Assembly (NCBI GenBank): GCA_002705205.1
Contig: PAHP01000005.1
Coordinates: forward strand, 3,757-67,756
DNA length: 64,000 nt
Origin: Flavobacteriales bacterium
GTDB lineage: Bacteria; Bacteroidota; Bacteroidia; Flavobacteriales; BACL11
Direction: 5' to 3'
The notes under the pieces: generated by a model
The model's database searches: none
What the model saw: only the letters and a program-made list of their open reading frames with translations
What the model was told of the DNA's origin: nothing
Shown: positions 59,204 to 64,000 of the stretch, piece after piece
Layout of the letters: the number at the start of each line of letters is the position of its first letter
Position numbering within the stretch: position 1 is the first letter of the stretch
Position numbers and translations under genes: made by a program

Positions 59204-59995
59204 ATGGACATAATCAGTGCGATTATACTTGGAATCATTCAAGGACTAACAGAATTCCTTCCTGTAAGTAGTAGTGGTCATTTAGAGATAGCAAAAGCAC
59301 TGCTAGGAGAAGGCAGGGTAGCTGAAAAAAGCCTACTAATGACCGTTGTGCTACATTTTGCAACAGCCTTATCAACAATAATCATTTTCCGTAAAGATTT
59401 ATCAAAAATCTTTCTAGGATTATTTCAGTTTAAAAATAATGACTCTTTTCAGTATTCATTAAAAATCATTCTATCAATGATCCCAGCAATATTAGTTGGG
59501 ACAATATTTAATGATGAAATTGAATCTTTATTTGGAGGTGATTTAGTTTTAGTTGGGGGTATGTTAGTAGTGACAGGACTATTACTTTTCCTTGCTGATA
59601 AAGCAAAGGCTTCAGATAAAAATATAGGAATAAAAGAAGCTGTAATTATTGGTCTTTCTCAAGCAATAGCTATTCTTCCTGGGATATCAAGATCAGGGGC
59701 AACTATTTCAAGCTCTGTTTTACTTGGTGTTGACAAAGAAAAATCTGCCCGCTTTTCATTCTTAATGGTAATTCCTTTAATTTTTGGTAAAATGGCTAAA
59801 GACATCTTATCTGGAGAAGTTAGTACGGATAGCGCTGATTTTGTATCACTTTCTGTTGGGTTTATTTTTGCCTTTTTTACAGGGATGGTTGCATGTAAAT
59901 GGATGATCAGGCTGGTTAAAAGAAGTCAATTAAAATACTTTTCTTACTATTGCTTTGCTATTGGTCTCTTAGTAACTGTAACCTCTTTATTATAA
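59204..59995 (+). CDS. uppP: Undecaprenyl-diphosphate phosphatase
   Basis: QGLTEFLPVSSSGH, PGISRSGATI. Confidence 0.96.
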   Translation: MDIISAIILGIIQGLTEFLPVSSSGHLEIAKALLGEGRVAEKSLLMTVVLHFATALSTIIIFRKDLSKIFLGLFQFKNNDSFQYSLKIILSMIPAILVGTIFNDEIESLFGGDLVLVGGMLVVTGLLLFLADKAKASDKNIGIKEAVIIGLSQAIAILPGISRSGATISSSVLLGVDKEKSARFSFLMVIPLIFGKMAKDILSGEVSTDSADFVSLSVGFIFAFFTGMVACKWMIRLVKRSQLKYFSYYCFAIGLLVTVTSLL

Positions 59996-59996
59996 A

Positions 59997-60701
59997 ATGA
60001 AATGCTTCCCTTCATCAGCTGATGAGTTTTTAAGCGGGCAAATTTTGTTAATCAATAAGCCTCTTGGCTGGTCTTCATTTGATGTTGTGAAAAAAATAAA
60101 AAACTTAATCCGAACAAAATACAAATTAAAAAAAATAAAAGTAGGTCATTCGGGAACCTTAGACCCATTAGCCACTGGGCTCTTAATAATTTGTACTGGT
60201 AAATTTACAAAAAGAATATCCGAAATTCAAGAGCAGAAAAAAACGTACACAGGCATTATATCATTAGGGGGGACAACTCCATCTTATGATCTAGAAACTG
60301 TAGTGAATAACAATTATAAAACTAAACATATTACTGAGAAACTAATCCGTAATACCACAAAAAAATTTTTAGGAGAAATTAATCAAACTCCTCCTATCTT
60401 TTCAGCATTAAAAAAAGATGGAGAAAGGCTTTATAAAAAAGCACGAAGAGGTGAAAAAGTAGAACTTAAGAGTAGAAAAGTAACTATACATCAATTTAAT
60501 ATTATATCCTGTATGAAATTAAATGTTCACTTTGAAATTAAATGTAGTAAAGGCACTTATATTCGATCAATTGCTAATGATTTTGGAGTGGAACTTAATA
60601 GTGGTGGCTATCTAAGTAAACTATGTAGAACTGACATTGGAAATTATAATATAACAAAAAGTATTGACATCAATACTTTTAAAGAGCTCTTAAATAAGTG
60701 A
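59997..60701 (+). CDS. truB: tRNA pseudouridine(55) synthase
   Basis: KVGHSGTLDPLATG, PPIFSA, CSKGTYIRS. Confidence 0.96.
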   Translation: MKCFPSSADEFLSGQILLINKPLGWSSFDVVKKIKNLIRTKYKLKKIKVGHSGTLDPLATGLLIICTGKFTKRISEIQEQKKTYTGIISLGGTTPSYDLETVVNNNYKTKHITEKLIRNTTKKFLGEINQTPPIFSALKKDGERLYKKARRGEKVELKSRKVTIHQFNIISCMKLNVHFEIKCSKGTYIRSIANDFGVELNSGGYLSKLCRTDIGNYNITKSIDINTFKELLNK

Positions 60702-60767
60702 TTTTACTTGACTTACACTTTTCAATACATTATATTTGCTGCTTTTTAATTTAACCTACAAAATCAA

Positions 60768-61823
60768 ATGAAATATAAACTCTCCATGTTCAATTTTAAC
60801 TTACCAGAAGTAAGAATTGCAAAAAAACCAATTGCTGAAAGAGAAAATGCAAAGCTTATGATCTTACACAAAGAGACTGGAAAGATTGAACACAAAAAGG
60901 TTGCTGATTTGAAAGATTTCTTTACTGAGGGTGATGTTGTTGTAACGAATAACACAAAAGTATTCCCTGCAAGATTACATGCTAATAAAGAAAAAACTGG
61001 AGCTATGATTGAGGTATTCTTATTGCGGGAATTAAATCAAGAAAATAGGCTCTGGGATGTATTAGTTGATCCAGCTAGAAAAATTAGAATAGGTAACAAA
61101 TTATTTTTTGGAGAAAATGAGGAGTTAATTGCTGAGGTAATTGACAATACTACTTCAAGAGGCCGAACTTTAAGATTTCTATTTGACGGTACACATGAAG
61201 AATTTAAAGAAACTATTACAGCACTTGGAGAAACTCCAATTCCAAAACACTTAGGAAGAAAAGCAACAGAAAATGACACTAAACGATTTCAGACAATATA
61301 TGCAAAACATGAAGGAGCTGTTTCTGCTCCAACTGCAGGTCTTCATTTTAGCAGAATCTTAATGAAACGAATGGAGTTGAATGGGGTTGAATTTGCTGAA
61401 ACTACTTTACACGTAGGGCTTGGGACATTTAATGAAATTATGGTTGAAGATTTATCTAAACATAAAATGGAATCAGAAGAGATTATAATCCCAGAAGAAG
61501 CTGCCAAACAAATTAATATTGGGAAGTCAACTAACAAAAGAATTTGTGCTGTTGGAACAACTGTAATGCGCACATTAGAGTCCTCTGTTTCGACTAAAAA
61601 CGAAGTAATCCCTTTTGAGGGGTGGACAAATATTTTTCTATTCCCTCCTCATAATTTTAAAATTGCAAATTGCATGCTTACTAACTTTCATCTACCTAAA
61701 TCTGCTTTAATGATGCAAGTTGCTGCTTTTTCTGGATTAGACCTACTAAAAACAGCTTATAAAGAAGCTATAAAAAAGAAATATAATTTCCATACTTTTG
61801 GAGACGCTATGTTAATTATTTGA
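60768..61823 (+). CDS. queA: S-adenosylmethionine:tRNA ribosyltransferase-isomerase
   Basis: [44 protein letters not shown]. Confidence 0.96.
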   Translation: MKYKLSMFNFNLPEVRIAKKPIAERENAKLMILHKETGKIEHKKVADLKDFFTEGDVVVTNNTKVFPARLHANKEKTGAMIEVFLLRELNQENRLWDVLVDPARKIRIGNKLFFGENEELIAEVIDNTTSRGRTLRFLFDGTHEEFKETITALGETPIPKHLGRKATENDTKRFQTIYAKHEGAVSAPTAGLHFSRILMKRMELNGVEFAETTLHVGLGTFNEIMVEDLSKHKMESEEIIIPEEAAKQINIGKSTNKRICAVGTTVMRTLESSVSTKNEVIPFEGWTNIFLFPPHNFKIANCMLTNFHLPKSALMMQVAAFSGLDLLKTAYKEAIKKKYNFHTFGDAMLII

Positions 61824-61824
61824 C

Positions 61825-62478
61825 ATGAAAAAAGTTGCTTTAATAGTTGCCGGAGGTAAAGGGACCCGAATGAATGCAAAGATCCCTAAGCAGTTTTTAA
61901 TTCTACAGAATCTCCCAATCTTAATGCATACTATTAAACAGTTTTCTGATTTTGAAGAAATATTTTTAGTTTTACCCCGTTCAGAATTTAACTATTGGAA
62001 TATCCTTTGTAAAAAATATAATTTTAACGTAAGTCATGTTTTAGTCAATGGTGGAGAAACTCGTTTCCACTCTGTAAAAAATGGCCTTGATAAAATTGAT
62101 AACGGCTCTATTGTAGCGATACATGATGGTGTAAGGCCACTTGTTTCAAAGAATTTAATACAAAACTTAATCTCTAAAACTAAAACAGGAATTGGAGTTA
62201 TTCCTATTATTCCTATAAAAGATTCTATTAGAAAAGTTGAGGGGCAGAATTCTATGTGTATTGACCGAAATAATTTACATAGAATTCAAACTCCACAATG
62301 TTTTTTAAGCTCTGACATAAAAGATGCATATAAGCAAAAATTTACTCAAAAATTCACTGATGAGGCTATTGTTTTAGAAAATAATGGAGGGAAAATAAAA
62401 ACAGTTTTAGGAGAAGAAATAAATATTAAGATTACTACTGAAAAAGATTTATTAATTGCCGAAATGTTTATGCAATAA
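61825..62478 (+). CDS. ispD: 2-C-methyl-D-erythritol 4-phosphate cytidylyltransferase
   Basis: AGGKGTRM..PKQF, GGETRFHSV, IHDGVRP, QTPQ, NIKITT. Confidence 0.93.
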   Translation: MKKVALIVAGGKGTRMNAKIPKQFLILQNLPILMHTIKQFSDFEEIFLVLPRSEFNYWNILCKKYNFNVSHVLVNGGETRFHSVKNGLDKIDNGSIVAIHDGVRPLVSKNLIQNLISKTKTGIGVIPIIPIKDSIRKVEGQNSMCIDRNNLHRIQTPQCFLSSDIKDAYKQKFTQKFTDEAIVLENNGGKIKTVLGEEINIKITTEKDLLIAEMFMQ

Positions 62479-63577
62479 CAGAAACTTTCTTGAGCCCATA
62501 AATCAAATTTACTCCAGGGGTTTTGCCTTTTTCAAAAGTACCTAAATTAGAAAATCCTAATGCTTCTGCTCCATTTTTAGAAGCTATTTTAAGCAGCGTG
62601 TTTAAATCAAAATTTGAATTTTCCTTAATCACTAAAAGCTCTTCTAAAATAGAAAGAGACTTATTAGATGCCAAACTGTCAGTGCCTAAACATAATTTAT
62701 CAGTGTCAAAAATAGAATAATCCGGCAGGGTACTTTCAATATATAAGTTGGCGTTTGGGCAAGTGCAATAATAGTTTTCTGTTAAATCTTCTTTTTTTGT
62801 AAAAGTATTATGTACCAACATAACTTTTTCTGCTTCTAATTCTTGTAAAATATCAACTGCCCTTTGTCTATTCTTCCAAATTTCAGGGCTTGCTTTTTTA
62901 TTTTCTAGCCAAGTTTTTAATACGCCTTCTTTATTCTGAAACAATTCATTTTCATGATGCGTTTCTTGCATATGTATTGTGAACAAAGAGTCCTTATTAT
63001 CAAAAGAAATATTAATCTCTCTCATTAATTTTGGGGGCACTGAATATGGAGCATGAGGAGAAATCGTTGCTTTTTGTCCGGCTTTTCTAAAGTTATTTCG
63101 CAAGGCTTTTGCATCTGTAATAATCTGATCTGTCAATTTATTTTTCACTCCAAAAACTTCAATAAAATTATAATAGTTTAAATTTCCTTTAGTCTTTTGA
63201 AAAATTGTATCAGATGTATTGCAGATATCTCCTACCGCAACAATCCCATTTTTTATCATTTGCTGCTCTGCTAAGATTATTGCTTCTTTAATTCTCTCTT
63301 TAGAAAAATTATTTCTTTGCTGAATAGCCTCAACAAAATTTAAAAATCCTTTGCCTTTATCTGTCTGACCTGAAAGATGAGATAATTCAAGATGGCAATG
63401 GGCATTAATAAAGCCAGGGCACAAGACTCCATCAAATAGTTCTAACTTTTCATTTGTTATGTCTTCTCTGTTATCAAAAATTGCAATCACTTCTCCCATA
63501 TCAGAAATCTGTAAAACTCCTTCCTTAATTGGATTTTTATATAGTGGATATAAATAATCTGCTGTTAAGAATCGCAT
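62468..63577 (-). CDS. Metal-dependent amidohydrolase, probable aminodeoxyfutalosine deaminase
   Basis: PGFINAHCHLELS, SPHAPYSV, IHMQE, CPNAN, LGTDSLASN; mqnC in the same window. Confidence 0.65.
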   Translation of the reverse strand: MRFLTADYLYPLYKNPIKEGVLQISDMGEVIAIFDNREDITNEKLELFDGVLCPGFINAHCHLELSHLSGQTDKGKGFLNFVEAIQQRNNFSKERIKEAIILAEQQMIKNGIVAVGDICNTSDTIFQKTKGNLNYYNFIEVFGVKNKLTDQIITDAKALRNNFRKAGQKATISPHAPYSVPPKLMREINISFDNKDSLFTIHMQETHHENELFQNKEGVLKTWLENKKASPEIWKNRQRAVDILQELEAEKVMLVHNTFTKKEDLTENYYCTCPNANLYIESTLPDYSIFDTDKLCLGTDSLASNKSLSILEELLVIKENSNFDLNTLLKIASKNGAEALGFSNLGTFEKGKTPGVNLIYGLKKVSVIA

Positions 63578-63581
63578 AGCA

Positions 63582-63600
63582 CAAAAGTAATATATCTTTG
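63582..63600. promoter_or_regulatory. Back-to-back -7 promoter elements (TACTTTTG on minus, TATCTTTG on plus)
   Basis: Two TAnnTTTG matches 3 bp apart in a 32-bp divergent gap. Confidence 0.65.
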
Positions 63601-63609
63601 CAAACAATT

Positions 63610-64000
63610 ATGAGTGCCAAAAAAGATGTCCGAAGTTTAACATTAGAAGAGGTTCTGGAGTTTTGTTTAAAGAATAAGCTTCCTAAATTCAGGGCTAAAC
63701 AAATATGGGAATGGCTATGGAAAAAAAGAGCACTATCATTTGATGAAATGACATCTTTGTCCAAAGATTTACGAGAGTTGCTTTATGATAATTTTACAAT
63801 CACCCCTATAAAAATACATACAGCGGAAAGGAGTATAGATGGCACAATAAAATACAGCCTACAACTACATGACAAATTATTAGTTGAAAGTGTTTTAATC
63901 CCATCAAGAAACAGGATAACTGCATGCGTTTCTTCACAAGTAGGCTGTAGCTTAGCATGTGATTTTTGTGCAACAGGGAAACTAAAGCTAGAAAGGAACT
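63610..64000 (+). CDS. rlmN: 23S rRNA A2503 methyltransferase (partial, runs off the window)
   Basis: Read by hand: MSAKKDVRSL..KFRAKQIWEWLW..FDEMTSLSK..DGTIKY..VESVLIP..TACVSSQVGCSLACDFCATG. Confidence 0.95.
   Translation, partial: MSAKKDVRSLTLEEVLEFCLKNKLPKFRAKQIWEWLWKKRALSFDEMTSLSKDLRELLYDNFTITPIKIHTAERSIDGTIKYSLQLHDKLLVESVLIPSRNRITACVSSQVGCSLACDFCATGKLKLERN

Noticed and set aside
6376-63764. Numerous 60-116 aa antisense or alternative-frame ORFs (e.g. 6376-6690, 10511-10852, 20318-20668, 34127-34468, 63537-63764)
   Set aside because: They lie within well-supported genes and have no recognisable motifs; they are shadow ORFs

Overview
AT-rich chromosomal window from a Bacteroidota genome. 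It is most likely a gene-dense Flavobacteriales lineage outside Flavobacteriaceae; this is inferred from T9SS cargo proteins, TAnnTTTG promoters, plsX, MEP genes ispG/ispD and the futalosine gene mqnC. About 55 CDS were called. No rRNA, tRNA, CRISPR array, transposase or prophage was seen. Housekeeping blocks (yceD-rpmF-plsX-fabH-accBC, tyrS, leuS, ftsX-uppP-truB, queA-ispD, rlmN) alternate with three functional islands. (1) An N-glycan degradation operon without SusC/SusD (cutC-GH2-glycosylasparaginase-GH20-GH92-MFS), plus a distant T9SS-secreted PNGase F-like protein. (2) A lamin-tail protein / TonB-dependent receptor / endonuclease I cluster that looks like an extracellular DNA foraging system. 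(3) A 10-gene eukaryote-like kynurenine/2-aminomuconate tryptophan catabolic operon containing an atypical Tyr-less SDR (candidate for the reductase step to 2-oxoadipate), a GNAT, and a 3-HAO that has lost its rubredoxin-like Fe site. Directly downstream of that operon is an unexplained 20-bp tandem repeat with a perfect 28-bp inverted copy. All assignments come from motifs recognised by eye; no database searches were run.
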